Notes: generated by a model from the letters alone, not told the origin. Shown: positions 30,101-39,596, counted from the first letter of the stretch. The stretch: 64,000 nt of DNA from Spirochaetia bacterium (GCA_965208575.1 CBDBOV010000002.1:64001-128000), one strand, 5' to 3'. Numbers and translations are program-made.

Positions 30101-30833
30101 GGGCCTGCGCCACGAGTTGCCCGCACTGGCGCGGATCGACCTCGCGGCGCGGGCCGACGCGAGCCTCGTGCGGATGGCGACCGACGACGGCCCGGACTAC
30201 GTCGACGGCGTGACCGCCACTACTTGGCGCTTGCGAGCCGGGCTCGAGGCCTCGCGGCGCTTTGCGCTGGGCGGCGACACCGCGCTCGCACCGTTCGTCG
30301 AGGCGGCCGGGCGGCACGACGGCGGCGACAGCATCACCGGCAGCGGCCTCGAAATGGCGGGCGGGCTGCGCTTCATGACGCCGCGTCTGCAGGTGGAGGC
30401 GCGCGGGCGCTGGCTCGCGTTGCACTCGGAGGAAGGCGCGGAGGAGCGCGGCGTGAGCGCGACCGTGCGCATGGCGCCCGGGGCGCACGGGCGCGGGCTG
30501 TCGCTGTCTGTGACCCCGCGCTGGGGCGCGGGAACCGGCGGCGCGGAGGCGCTGTGGCGGGACCAACTGCCGCAATCGCCCGGAACCCCGGAAGGCGATG
30601 CCGCCGCGCTCGACGCGCAGATCGGCTACGGTCTGGGTCTCACTCCGCACGGGCTGCTGACGCCGTTCGCCGAGACCGGGCTCGCCGGCGCGGACAGCCG
30701 GCGGCTCAGGCTCGGCGCCCGGTTCGACGCCTCGCACCTGGATCTCGGCGTCGAGGTCGCGGGCGAGCGCGTCGAGAGCGGCGCGGCCGAGCCCAAGCAC
30801 GCGCTCAGGTTCGACCTCAGGCTGCGGTTCTGA
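27147..30833 (+). CDS. Autotransporter-like surface adhesin (SwmB-like, Calx-beta-like, PKD and Ig-like modules, C-terminal beta-barrel)
   Basis: Signal peptide ending AQA-QT; Thr/Ser-rich beta modules (LTLTYNQ.L, DGSVTATLAAGTGY, SSDPDGDALTYAWEQ, GGNGALSYSL); C-terminal amphipathic strands ending LRF. Confidence 0.82.
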   Translation: MTTTRYSTTVVRRTSAALALLLIILTAAETAQAQTSVKLVGNTGQAHNGNRDFRTDFDYAGGFTTGRNSDGYKLTSVGLGVSMLNPSGTTEPQYTVSIWSSNSSGHPGSNLGTLTNPAKLAQGTNSFTAAGTGIDLDAQTTYWVVVDPTAVGDRQTRLRMTQTNAEDAGAATGWSIANSDLSKHTSDSWTGDEFGQSTQFAVHGHAKDEAAPTLLGGTIRGQTVKLYFSELLKTTGTPAASQFTVTGNPTDLGAVTSATIDTSESNIITLMVTNASAAADTVTVTIPTTTGIEDLAGNSLAAITTAFTLTNINPDDPGAPLLTAASVNARTLTLTYNQKLLPRYPPAADFTVSASTTSVSVDEVALTPGSTSSTVALALSLPVKHGETVTVSYSKATKPRLQNEWGSQVTALSIRAVTNATDPPVAWIVSAHSDGPVEEGKPAGFSVEMDPVPASEVQVNVTISQTGTFVASEHLGARTVTMPTTQSHIFNVPTVHNGADQADGSVTATLAAGTGYTVHATKNAATTRVRDIDESPPAPPAPPSPSPSPSRGSAPAASAGADVEVDPGASVTLNASRSSDPDGDALTYAWEQVSGAAVTLSGANTARAAFTAPAAPGALEFRLTVTDPGGLSDSDVVTVTVRDLAPSFGDAAVAALVLVSGEAMAPVVLPEAAGGNGALSYSLTSEPTGLAGLNFDAAARRLSGRPGTEGSWVFTWRAHDADANRADADAATLTFRVTVDDSGAAMVKHTVRRTLSAVAGRALSSALDNIGARIETSVPASGLTLAGETLPLGLPAARLAGACAPDARGRHGFGTTFGQAGFGAARDGCAPDARGRSVAAAELLHASAFSLTPGAAQAAPSALLWSVWARGDLGTFAGRPEPGIRYEGELRTGWLGMDVRAGAWVAGLAVSHGTGEADYRFEERGMSGRGRLQTSLTALYPYGSWTVVDGLELRGVLGAGLGEAVHRLDGDERETSDLSMQMASLGLRHELPALARIDLAARADASLVRMATDDGPDYVDGVTATTWRLRAGLEASRRFALGGDTALAPFVEAAGRHDGGDSITGSGLEMAGGLRFMTPRLQVEARGRWLALHSEEGAEERGVSATVRMAPGAHGRGLSLSVTPRWGAGTGGAEALWRDQLPQSPGTPEGDAAALDAQIGYGLGLTPHGLLTPFAETGLAGADSRRLRLGARFDASHLDLGVEVAGERVESGAAEPKHALRFDLRLRF
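28755..28796 (+). repeat. Pro/Ser linker with CCGTCA tandem hexamers
   Basis: ccgtcaccgtcaccgtcaccgtcg encoding PSPSPSPS. Confidence 0.8.
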
Positions 30834-31028
30834 ACCGCGCAGCCGGCGGCGGCCGGCGGCGCGGCGGGTGAGCGGTGATCGGGTGAGTCCGACCAGCGCA
30901 ATGCAATCTCCAGGCCGTCGTGCTTGCAACGGCGAAAGGTCGACTCGACCGTAGTGGCGACCATACTCTCATGGTCCGGCCATGCCGACGCGCCGTCAAA
31001 GATGCGGCGCGACGCCGGTAGACGGAGG

Positions 31029-31277
31029 TTATTCCTCGTCGCGCTCGACGATGTGCAGAGCGGCGCGCGCCTGCTCCGCCTGGTCGCCTACCCCGCCCAG
31101 CCGGGCGGCGAGGTCGGCGCGCAACTCGGCGGCGAACTCCTCCAGGATGGCACGGATTTCGGCGCACAGTCCGTCCAGGCGGGAGCCGAGGTCGGAGCGC
31201 ATCGCGGCGATTTCGGCGCGGATCTCGCGCAACTCGGCGAGGACGTCGCGAATCGTCGGCTGGGCGGGTTCACTCAT
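31029..31277 (-). CDS. Small hypothetical coiled-coil protein
   Basis: 82 aa amphipathic helical pattern (DVLAELREIRAEIAAMRSDL); fills the gap after the upstream gene. Confidence 0.55.
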   Translation of the reverse strand: MSEPAQPTIRDVLAELREIRAEIAAMRSDLGSRLDGLCAEIRAILEEFAAELRADLAARLGGVGDQAEQARAALHIVERDEE

Positions 31278-31286
31278 CCGTACAGC

Positions 31287-32696
31287 CTACCGCGCCCGCC
31301 GGCGGTGAGGCAATGGGGCGACCGGGGCGACCTCGGGGCGACCTATCGGCATTCCGCACATGCGGCGCAGGGTGTGGCGGTCCCCGAAACCGCCCGCCTT
31401 GGTGACCACCACCAGGCCGCCCCACGGCCCACCGAGCACGCGGCCCCACGGAACGCAGGGCTCCGCTTCGCCACGCAGCGCGAGGCGGCGAATGTGCAGC
31501 CGTCGCAGGCATGCGTAGGCGGTGTCGCCGCCCACCAGCAGCAGCGCGCGCGGGCGCACCGCTGCCGCCGCCAGGGCGCGCGCGGCCAGATCGGCGAGTT
31601 CCATCGCCACCGTCTCCGCCACCGGGGCGGATGGCCGTGCGGCGGGCTCCGCGGGCGGGGGTGCGCAGAGAAAGAGATCCCGGCCGCCGGCCAGCGCCTG
31701 GGCGGACACCGCGACCGCATCCGCCGCGCTCAGCGGGCCCGGTGGGCCGCCGTCCGCGGCACCGGTGGCGTGCCAGCGTGGGGCGTACGCCGCGGCTCCG
31801 GAAGGCGCACTCGGACGCACCATCAGCGGGCGCGCGGCGGCGGCGGCGAAGTCCACCTGCGTGCGGGCCAGGATGCGGCGCGATCCACAGACCAGTACCA
31901 GCGGCGCCCGGTGTGCGGGCACCGAGTCAGCAACGCGATCGCCTCCCTCCATGGGCGGCGCGGCATCGAGTCGCGGTGCGCCGGCCAGCGCCAGGGCGCG
32001 CAGCAGGCCGGCGGAACCCGCCCAAACCAGCCTGCGGTCCCCGCGAGCGAAACCTCCTGCCGCCGCCGCAAGCGCATTCAGGTCGCGCTCGCCGGCGGCA
32101 TCGGCCACGATCAGATCGACCGGTCCGTGCGCGGCGGCGGCAACCTGCCGGCGGCACGGGCGCGCGGGCAGGTGCGCGGCGCGACACCGCGGCCATTGGC
32201 GGCGCACGATGTCGATCACCGCCGAGCCGGCGGCAGCGCCGTGCGCGGCCGGAATCTCGTCGCGGTACGCGGTTGCCATGGCCGGCTCGCCGGCCACCAG
32301 CAGCACGCCCTCCCGCACGGTGCGCTCCTGTTCCGGCAGCGCCGGCGTGCACACGATCACGCAGGGGGCGAGCGCGTCGTGCAGGGCCGCCAACTCGGCG
32401 CCGACGTTGCCGCGCATCGTCGAGTCGATCTTCTTGAACCACACCGTGCGGCCCGCGGCGGACAGTTCGCGGCATGCGGCGCGTACGCGTGCGGACGCCT
32501 CGTCCGGCGGCACGCCGCGCGAGACGGTGTTGATCACCGGCAGCGGGCCTGATGGGACAGCGCCGCCGGCCCTCACCAGCACCTCCACGGCGGTGCGCGG
32601 CAGGAGCTGCACGCCGCCGTCCATGGCGCCGGTGAGATCGTCGGCCAGCACCGCGACTGCACCCGTCCGCGGCCAGCCAACAGCATCGATCTTCAT
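31287..32696 (-). CDS. Four-carbon acid sugar kinase family (DUF1537)
   Basis: LADDLTGAMD, KKIDSTMRGNVG.E, PALPEQ.R, GGDTA, TKAGGFG. Confidence 0.9.
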   Translation of the reverse strand: MKIDAVGWPRTGAVAVLADDLTGAMDGGVQLLPRTAVEVLVRAGGAVPSGPLPVINTVSRGVPPDEASARVRAACRELSAAGRTVWFKKIDSTMRGNVGAELAALHDALAPCVIVCTPALPEQERTVREGVLLVAGEPAMATAYRDEIPAAHGAAAGSAVIDIVRRQWPRCRAAHLPARPCRRQVAAAAHGPVDLIVADAAGERDLNALAAAAGGFARGDRRLVWAGSAGLLRALALAGAPRLDAAPPMEGGDRVADSVPAHRAPLVLVCGSRRILARTQVDFAAAAARPLMVRPSAPSGAAAYAPRWHATGAADGGPPGPLSAADAVAVSAQALAGGRDLFLCAPPPAEPAARPSAPVAETVAMELADLAARALAAAAVRPRALLLVGGDTAYACLRRLHIRRLALRGEAEPCVPWGRVLGGPWGGLVVVTKAGGFGDRHTLRRMCGMPIGRPEVAPVAPLPHRRRAR

Positions 32697-32824
32697 GGTT
32701 CACGGCTCCTGCAGCTCATCGGCCGGCTCGACGCTCCGGTTTGGACGGCCTGAACGGCGGCGTTGTTGCCGGCCGGCGCCGGTCCCGGGCATACTAACAG
32801 AGTCCCGATATCAAGGAGACCATT

Positions 32825-33406
32825 GTGGCTTTTACCCTCGAACTGGGCGCCAAGGCGCCCGACTTCAGCCTGCCGGGAGTGGACGGCAACGACTACTCGC
32901 TGGCCAGCTTCGCCGACGCGGAGGCGCTCATCGTCGTGTTCGCCTGCAACCACTGCCCGTTCGTGATCGGCTCGGAAGACCGCTTCAACGACCTGTACGC
33001 CGACTACAAGGACAAGGGCGTGGCGCTGGTCTCGATCAACTCCAACGAGACCGACGGCCATCCCACCGACTCCTTCGATCACATGCAGGAACGCGCCGCC
33101 GAGAAGGGCTTTCAGTTCCCGTACGTGCGCGACGACAGCCAGGAGGTGGCGCTCGCCTACGGCGCGCTGCGCACGCCCCACTTCTACCTGTTCGACCGCG
33201 ACGGCAAGCTGCGCTACACCGGGCGCATGGACGACGATCCGCGCGACCCCGCCGGCGCCTCCACCCGCGAGTTGCGCGACGCGCTCGACGCCGTGCTCGC
33301 CGGCGACGAGGTGGCGGTGCCGCTGACCAACCCGATCGGCTGCAACGTGAAGTGGAAGAACCAGGACGCCCACTGGATGCCCGCGGAGGCCTGCGACCTG
33401 GTCTGA
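32825..33406 (+). CDS. Thioredoxin/AhpC-TSA family protein
   Basis: APDFSLP, CNHCPFV, YGA.RTP.F, GCNVKWK; RBS AAGGAG. Confidence 0.92.
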   Translation: MAFTLELGAKAPDFSLPGVDGNDYSLASFADAEALIVVFACNHCPFVIGSEDRFNDLYADYKDKGVALVSINSNETDGHPTDSFDHMQERAAEKGFQFPYVRDDSQEVALAYGALRTPHFYLFDRDGKLRYTGRMDDDPRDPAGASTRELRDALDAVLAGDEVAVPLTNPIGCNVKWKNQDAHWMPAEACDLV

Positions 33407-33486
33407 CGGTGACGGCACGATCACGCCGCGGCCCGGCAGACCGCGTCGGAACGGTCGGCGGCGGCCCGCGCCGTGACACGGAGCCG

Positions 33487-35460
33487 ATGAACACCGGCGC
33501 GCCGCCGTCCGCACGCCCCGTGCCCGCGCGCTGCGGGCAGGAACTCCTGGACCTGGTCGACGCCGACAACACGGTGATCGGCACCGTCGACCGCTCCCGC
33601 GTGCATGGCGCGCCGTCGCTGCGCCACCGCGCCGTCCACGTGCTGGTGTACGACGCCCGCGGCCGCCTGCTGTTGCAGAAGCGCTCGGCCGGCAAGGAGA
33701 TTCAGCCCGGCAAGTGGGACACCTCGGTCGGAGGCCACCTGGAGTCCGGCGAGAGCTACCCGGCCGCCGCCGTCCGCGAGACCGCCGAGGAGCTCGGCCT
33801 GGCCATCGACGTCGACGCCCTGGTGCCGGTGCACGGGTTCGTGTGGCGTTCGCCGGTGGAAACCGAGCACGTCACCTCCTACCGGATCCGATGCGACGGC
33901 CCGTTCCGCCCGCACCCGGAGGAGATAGACGAACTGCGCTTCTGGTCCGCGGAGCAATTGCGCGCCGCCGCCGGCACCGGTGCGCTGACCCCGATGCTGG
34001 AGCACGAGCTGGCGCTGCTCGGCGTGCTCGTCGGCGGCGCCGCCGGCGCCGGCGCCGGCGCCGGCACGGGCGCGGCGTTGGATCCGGCCTACCTCGATCC
34101 CGGCGGCGGCGCCACGCTGCCCGCCGAGCCGCCGCCGCGCGCCGCCATGAACGCGGCCACGCGCTCGCTGCACGACGCCATCGACGCCACCATGCGCCGC
34201 CTCGGGCAGCCCTACCTGCATCCGGACGGCGAAACGCTGCAGCTCGACCTGTTCGGCAGCGCGCCAATGGTGCGCTGGCAGGAACGCAAGGCGGCCGCGG
34301 TATTCCTGGCCGCCGAGGCGTGGTCCGACCTGCCGCAAACCTACGGGCGCTACGGCACCGAGAGCGGGCGCCTGCTGCTCGCCGAGGTATGCCGGATGGA
34401 ACGGGCGGCCGGCGCGCTGCTGACCGACGGCGGCATGCAGGCGTTCGCGCTCGCCTGCGACGTGCTGTTCGCCCCCGGCAGCCACGCCGTGGTCACGCGC
34501 AGCGTGTACAACAAGACCAAGAGCTACCTGCAGCGCCTCGCCGGGCGCCAGGACGGCGAGGTGACGTTGGTGGACGACGGCGACCTCGGCGCCGTCGAGC
34601 GCGCGCTGCGCGCCGACACGAGCATGCTGTTTACCGAGACCTACACCAATCCCCACACCCGCGCGGTCGATCCGCCCGCCCTCGCGGCCGTGGCCGCGCG
34701 CGCCCGCGCCGCCGGCTGCACGCGCTTGCGGGTGGTGGTGGACAACACCGTCGCCACTCCGTGGGGTCTGCGCGAGCCGCTGCTGTCGGTGCCCGGCATC
34801 GACGTGGTGGTGGCCAGCGGCACCAAGGCGCTCGCCGGCCAGGACCGCGACATGTGGGGCTACGTGGCGAGCAACCACGTCGACCTGCTCAACGAGGCGA
34901 TGGACCTGCAGGCGATGCGCGGCGGCATCCTGGACTGGCGGCGCGCACGCGCCATACTGGCCGGCCTGGAAGGGGCGCGTGCGCGCTTCGAGCGGCGCTG
35001 CGCCACGGCCGCCGCGGTGGCGCGCTTCCTGGCCGGGCACCCGCGGGTGGCGCAGGCGCTGCACCCGTCGCTGCCCGACCATCCCGACGCCGACGTAATC
35101 GCCCGCCACTACCGGCTGCCGGGATCGATGGTCAGCTTTCGCCTGCGCGACGCCGACGACGAGGCCACGCGCCATTTCTGCGACGTGCTCGCGATGACCG
35201 GCGTGCCGCGCTACGCGCTCAGCTTCGACGGCCTGGCGACCAAGATCAACCACCACCGCTCGGTGTCCGAGTATTTCGCGGCCGACGCCGAGGTGCGCCG
35301 CATCGGCGTCGATCGGCTGGTAAGGCTCGGCATCGGCGTCGAGGACCAACGCGACCTGGCCGCGTGCCTCAACTGGGCGCTGTGGCGCGCGCCGGAGGTG
35401 CCGGCAGACGCCGTTGCCCAGTGGCAGGCGCACCGGCGCCGCGCGCTCGGCATTTCTTAA
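33487..35460 (+). CDS. Fusion: Nudix hydrolase plus PLP-dependent Cys/Met metabolism (transsulfuration-like) enzyme
   Basis: Nudix box GGHLESGESYPAAAVRETAEELGL; Gly/Ala linker; YGRYGT, ETYTNP, VVDNTVATP, SGTK, LVRLGIGVED. Confidence 0.85.
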   Translation: MNTGAPPSARPVPARCGQELLDLVDADNTVIGTVDRSRVHGAPSLRHRAVHVLVYDARGRLLLQKRSAGKEIQPGKWDTSVGGHLESGESYPAAAVRETAEELGLAIDVDALVPVHGFVWRSPVETEHVTSYRIRCDGPFRPHPEEIDELRFWSAEQLRAAAGTGALTPMLEHELALLGVLVGGAAGAGAGAGTGAALDPAYLDPGGGATLPAEPPPRAAMNAATRSLHDAIDATMRRLGQPYLHPDGETLQLDLFGSAPMVRWQERKAAAVFLAAEAWSDLPQTYGRYGTESGRLLLAEVCRMERAAGALLTDGGMQAFALACDVLFAPGSHAVVTRSVYNKTKSYLQRLAGRQDGEVTLVDDGDLGAVERALRADTSMLFTETYTNPHTRAVDPPALAAVAARARAAGCTRLRVVVDNTVATPWGLREPLLSVPGIDVVVASGTKALAGQDRDMWGYVASNHVDLLNEAMDLQAMRGGILDWRRARAILAGLEGARARFERRCATAAAVARFLAGHPRVAQALHPSLPDHPDADVIARHYRLPGSMVSFRLRDADDEATRHFCDVLAMTGVPRYALSFDGLATKINHHRSVSEYFAADAEVRRIGVDRLVRLGIGVEDQRDLAACLNWALWRAPEVPADAVAQWQAHRRRALGIS

Positions 35461-35504
35461 GACGACACGCTAGTAAAGCCGCCAAACGGCCGATAACAGT
35501 AGTG

Positions 35505-36509
35505 ATGGCTGCGAAGCGATCGCCATTGCACGGCCCGTTTACGGTCGTCGGCATCGGTGAACTGCTGTGGGACATATTCCCCGACGGCCGCCGCGAACTC
35601 GGCGGGGCGGTGGCGAATCTCGCCTACCACGCGTCGCTGCTCGGCGACCGCGGCGTCCTGGCGAGCCGCGTCGGCCGCGACGCCGGCGGCGACGACCTGG
35701 TCGCGCGCCTGCGCGCGCTCGGTGTGGACGGCCGCTACCTGCAGCGCGATGCCGACCACCCCACCGGGACCGTCGACGTGGCTCTGAACGACGGCCTGCC
35801 GAGCTACACCATCCACGAGCCGGTCGCGTTCGACCATCCGCGGCTCGACCGCGGCTGGCGGGAGCTGGCCGCGCGCACCGACGCGGTCACCTTCGGCACC
35901 CTGGCGCAACGCACCACCGGCGCGGCCGCGGTGATCGGCGCATTCATCGCCGCCTGCCCGCCGCGCTGCGTGCGCCTGTTCGACGTCAACCTGCGCCAGC
36001 GGTTCTGGTCCGCGGCGGTGCTCGACGCTTCGCTCGACGCCGCCACCGCGGTGAAGCTGAACGACCAGGAACTGCCGCTGGTAGCAGGCGCACTCGGCAT
36101 GCCCGCCGGCGACGAGCCCGCCATGCTCGCCGCTCTGCTCGAGCGTTACCGGCTCCGGGTGGCGTGCCTGACCCGCGGCGCGCGCGGCTGCCTGTTGGTC
36201 GGCGCGCCTGACCATGGCGCCGGCGCCGGCGCGCCGGGCGCGGCCTGCGCCGCGGGCGGCCCGGCACACAACGTCGCTTCCGAAGCCGTGTGCCGCGCGG
36301 AACAACCCGGAATCCACGTCCCGGTGGCCGACACGGTCGGCGCCGGCGACGCGTTCGCCGCCGCGCTCCTCTACCACGTGCTGCGCGGCGGCGACCTGCG
36401 ACGCACCGCAGCGGCGGCAAACAGGTACGCCGCCTTCGTGGCGACCCGGCGCGGCGCCACCCCCGCGGTTCCCGAGCCGGTACTGCACGAGGCACGGACG
36501 GCGGCGTGA
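35505..36509 (+). CDS. PfkB family carbohydrate kinase (fructokinase-like)
   Basis: GIGELLWD, GGAVAN, FDVNLR, KLNDQE, DTVGAGDAF. Confidence 0.93.
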   Translation: MAAKRSPLHGPFTVVGIGELLWDIFPDGRRELGGAVANLAYHASLLGDRGVLASRVGRDAGGDDLVARLRALGVDGRYLQRDADHPTGTVDVALNDGLPSYTIHEPVAFDHPRLDRGWRELAARTDAVTFGTLAQRTTGAAAVIGAFIAACPPRCVRLFDVNLRQRFWSAAVLDASLDAATAVKLNDQELPLVAGALGMPAGDEPAMLAALLERYRLRVACLTRGARGCLLVGAPDHGAGAGAPGAACAAGGPAHNVASEAVCRAEQPGIHVPVADTVGAGDAFAAALLYHVLRGGDLRRTAAAANRYAAFVATRRGATPAVPEPVLHEARTAA

Positions 36510-37312
36510 GCGGCTACGTCGACACCCACTGCCACCTGGACGACAAGCGTTTCGCCGACGACCGCGACGCAGTGGTGGCGCGCGCCGGCGCCGCCGGCGT
36601 CACCGGCGTGTTGATCCCGGCCACCGGACTGGCGAGCGCGCGCGCCGCCCTCGACCTTGCCCCACGCTACGCCGGCATCGGCGTGGCCGTGGGCGTGCAT
36701 CCACTGTGGTGCGCACAGGCGGGCCGGCTGGACGACGCGATACCCGCACTCCACGCACTCACCGCCAATCCCGCGGTGGTCGCCGTCGGCGAGATCGGCC
36801 TCGACTTCTTCCGCGGGCCCGACCCGGCGCTGCAGGAACAGTGGCTCGATGCCCAGCTCGACCTGGCCGCCGCCGCCGGCCTGCCGGTGATCCTGCACAA
36901 CCGCGACGCCACCGGCAAGCTGCTGGAACGGTTGCGCGCCTGGGGCGAACGCGCGGCGCTGCCGCGGCCGCCCGGCGTGCTGCACGCGTTCAGCGCCGGA
37001 GGAGCCGCCGCCGACTTCGCGCTCGGCGCCGGGTTCTACCTGGGCATCGGCGGCATGCTCACCTTCCGCCGCGCCGACGAACTGCGTGCGGTGGCCGCGG
37101 CCGCCCCCGCGGACCGCCTGGTGCTGGAGACCGACGCTCCCTACCTGGCTCCGGAACCGCTGCGCGGGCGCCGCAACGAACCGGCCCTGCTGCGCCACGT
37201 CGCCACGCGCCTGGCTGCGGTGCGCGCCACCGATACCGAGCAGATTGCGCTGCAAACCACCGCCAACGCGGGACGCCTGTTCCCGCGGCTGAACCCGGAA
37301 GGAGTACGATGA
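36506..37312 (+). CDS. tatD: TatD family nuclease
   Basis: DTHCH, GVHP, GEIGLD, LHNR, LHAF, LETDAPYL; GTGA overlap. Confidence 0.93.
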   Translation: MSGYVDTHCHLDDKRFADDRDAVVARAGAAGVTGVLIPATGLASARAALDLAPRYAGIGVAVGVHPLWCAQAGRLDDAIPALHALTANPAVVAVGEIGLDFFRGPDPALQEQWLDAQLDLAAAAGLPVILHNRDATGKLLERLRAWGERAALPRPPGVLHAFSAGGAAADFALGAGFYLGIGGMLTFRRADELRAVAAAAPADRLVLETDAPYLAPEPLRGRRNEPALLRHVATRLAAVRATDTEQIALQTTANAGRLFPRLNPEGVR

Positions 37313-38370
37313 CGGTACGCGCTCTTGTTGCCGCACACCGACCCGAACAAGCTGACCGGCGGTCGGCGGCGGAGCATCGGTGTTCACGGTCATCGGCATC
37401 ACCGAGAGCCGGTGCCGGCGCCCACGCCGCGATGCGCGCAGCGCGGCGCCGCTGCGCCGTCCGGCTGCTCGCCGCGCTCGGCTGCATTGCCGCCGTCCTG
37501 GCCGGCTGTTCGCTCGACCGCCTCGCCACGCGCACCGTGACCGACCTGGTCAGCGGCCAGGGCGGCGACGACGTATTCGCCAGCGAACAGGACCCGCGGC
37601 TGGTCGGCGATGCGCTGCCGTTCGCCCTCAAGCTGTACGAGCTGCTGCTGTCGCGGGCCCCGGACGACCCGGGGCTGCAACTCGCCACCGGGCGCAGCTT
37701 CGTGGCCTACGCCAACGCGTTCGTGCAGCGCCCGGCGGAGCAGATGCCGGTTACCGAGATCGACCTGCGCATCAGCGAGTTGCAGCGCGCCAAGCTGCAC
37801 TATCTGCGCGGCCACGACTATCTGCTGGCCGGTCTCGAGTTGCGCCATCCGGGGTTCGCCACCCTGTTCGCATCGCCCGACACCATGGACGAAGCGCTCG
37901 CGATGGTGGACGCGGGGAGCATCGACTACCTGTACTGGATGGCGGCGGCATGCCTCGGCGCCCTGTCCACCGATCCGTTCGACATGGAACTGCTGGTCGC
38001 CGCGCCGTACGCGGCCAAGATGCTGCACATGGTGATCGACTGGGACGAGCGTTACCAGGGCGGAGCCGCGCACGACATCCTTATCCGCTATTATGCGGGC
38101 ACCGCGGCGGTGCTCGGCGGCGACATGGGACGCGCGCGCGAGCACTTCGAGCGCGCCGTGGCCGCGTCCGGGGACAAGCGCACCGGGCCCTACCTGGCGA
38201 TGGCCGGCGTGGCCATAGGCCAGCAGGATCCGGTGCTGTTCCGCAGGCTGCTCGGCGACGCGCTGGCCATCGAGTTGGACGTGGCGCAGTATCGGCTACA
38301 GAATACGCTTGATCAGCAATACGCCGCCTGGCTGCTCGATCACATGGAGGACCTGTTTGTTGAGCTATAA
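37309..38370 (+). CDS. tatT: TRAP transporter TatT component (TPR-like lipoprotein)
   Basis: Lipobox LAGC; DPRLVGDALPFALKLYE, YANAF, AREHFERA; immediately upstream of dctP; exact start uncertain. Confidence 0.82.
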   Translation: MTVRALVAAHRPEQADRRSAAEHRCSRSSASPRAGAGAHAAMRAARRRCAVRLLAALGCIAAVLAGCSLDRLATRTVTDLVSGQGGDDVFASEQDPRLVGDALPFALKLYELLLSRAPDDPGLQLATGRSFVAYANAFVQRPAEQMPVTEIDLRISELQRAKLHYLRGHDYLLAGLELRHPGFATLFASPDTMDEALAMVDAGSIDYLYWMAAACLGALSTDPFDMELLVAAPYAAKMLHMVIDWDERYQGGAAHDILIRYYAGTAAVLGGDMGRAREHFERAVAASGDKRTGPYLAMAGVAIGQQDPVLFRRLLGDALAIELDVAQYRLQNTLDQQYAAWLLDHMEDLFVEL

Positions 38371-39400
38371 CGAAGCACATCCGCACCGCACCGGCCGGTG
38401 GTGGCGGCGCGTCCTGCCGGCCATGATCCTGGCGCTGTGTTGCACCACCGGAGCCACCGCGCTCACCATCAAGCTCGGCAGCGTGGCGCCGGCCAATACG
38501 CCGTGGGACCTGGCGCTGCGCGGCCTGGCGGCCGACTGGGCGCGCATCTCCGACGGCGAGATCGACGTGAAGATCTTCCCCGGCGGCATCGCCGGCAACG
38601 AGCTGGACATGATTCGCAAGATGCGCATCGGCCAGCTTCAAGCCGCCGCCATGACCGCGATCAGCTTCAACAACATCTATCCCGGCGTGCTGGCGATCGC
38701 CCAGCCGATGCTGGTGCGCACCGACGACGAGATGCGCAACATCCTGGAGGAGATGACACCGTTCTTCAACGAGCGGCTCGAAGAGCGCGGTTTCGTGCCG
38801 CTGATGTGGGCGCCGATCGGCTGGGTGAAGTTCTTTGCGCGCGAGCCGGTGCACACCGCCGACGACCTGCGCCGCCACAAGCTGTGGGTCGGGTCGGCCA
38901 GTCCCGCCGTGCTGCGCGCCTGGCAGCACGCCGGGTTCAACCCGGTGGCGCTGCCGGTGTCGGAGGTCACCACGGCGCTGCAGAGCGGCATGATCGACGC
39001 GGTGGCCTCCAGCCCGTCCGGCGCGGCATCGTTCCAGTGGTTCGGAATCGTGCCGCACATGACCGACCTGCGCTTTACGCCGTTGTTCGGGGCGGTGATG
39101 ATCAGCAAGCGCGCGTGGCAGCGCATCCCCGCCGACCTGCGCCCGCGGCTGATGCGCGCGGCGGAGATGGCGGCACAGCGGGTGAGCGAGGGCGCTTACG
39201 AGATGGACGACCTGGCGGTGCACGTGATGGTCGCGCACGGCCTGCAGGTGCACGCGGCGACCGACGCCCTGGAGCAGGAGTTCCAGGACATCATCGCGCG
39301 CAACTTCGGCGACCTGATCGGCGACGAGATCGATCCGGAAGCCTACGACCTGGTCCTCCAGAAGGTGGCCGCCTACCGCGCCCGCGGGGGCGGCAACTGA
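38360..39400 (+). CDS. dctP: TRAP substrate-binding protein DctP/TatP
   Basis: IKLGSVAP.NTPW, FPGGIAGNE.DMIRKMRIGQLQAA, ALQSGMIDA; start approximate. Confidence 0.9.
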   Translation: MSYNEAHPHRTGRWWRRVLPAMILALCCTTGATALTIKLGSVAPANTPWDLALRGLAADWARISDGEIDVKIFPGGIAGNELDMIRKMRIGQLQAAAMTAISFNNIYPGVLAIAQPMLVRTDDEMRNILEEMTPFFNERLEERGFVPLMWAPIGWVKFFAREPVHTADDLRRHKLWVGSASPAVLRAWQHAGFNPVALPVSEVTTALQSGMIDAVASSPSGAASFQWFGIVPHMTDLRFTPLFGAVMISKRAWQRIPADLRPRLMRAAEMAAQRVSEGAYEMDDLAVHVMVAHGLQVHAATDALEQEFQDIIARNFGDLIGDEIDPEAYDLVLQKVAAYRARGGGN

Positions 39401-39596
39401 GGACGGCACCGTCACCGGACGCGGCGGCTCCGCAGCCGCGCGCAGCCCGGGGTGGACGCCGGCGTCGCACCGCGAGCGCCGCTCGCATGCAGGCGCTGTT
39501 CCGCCGCGGGCTGCCGGGCCACGGGTTGCCGGGCAGCCGCAGGGACGCGCGGGCACGCGGGCATCCGCAGGGCGCGATCCGCGCGCAGGGCGGCCG

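Noticed and set aside
31522-33486. N-terminal half of the 1312-aa ORF 31522..35460
   Set aside because: Overlaps the DUF1537 kinase and thioredoxin genes; real coding signal starts near 33487
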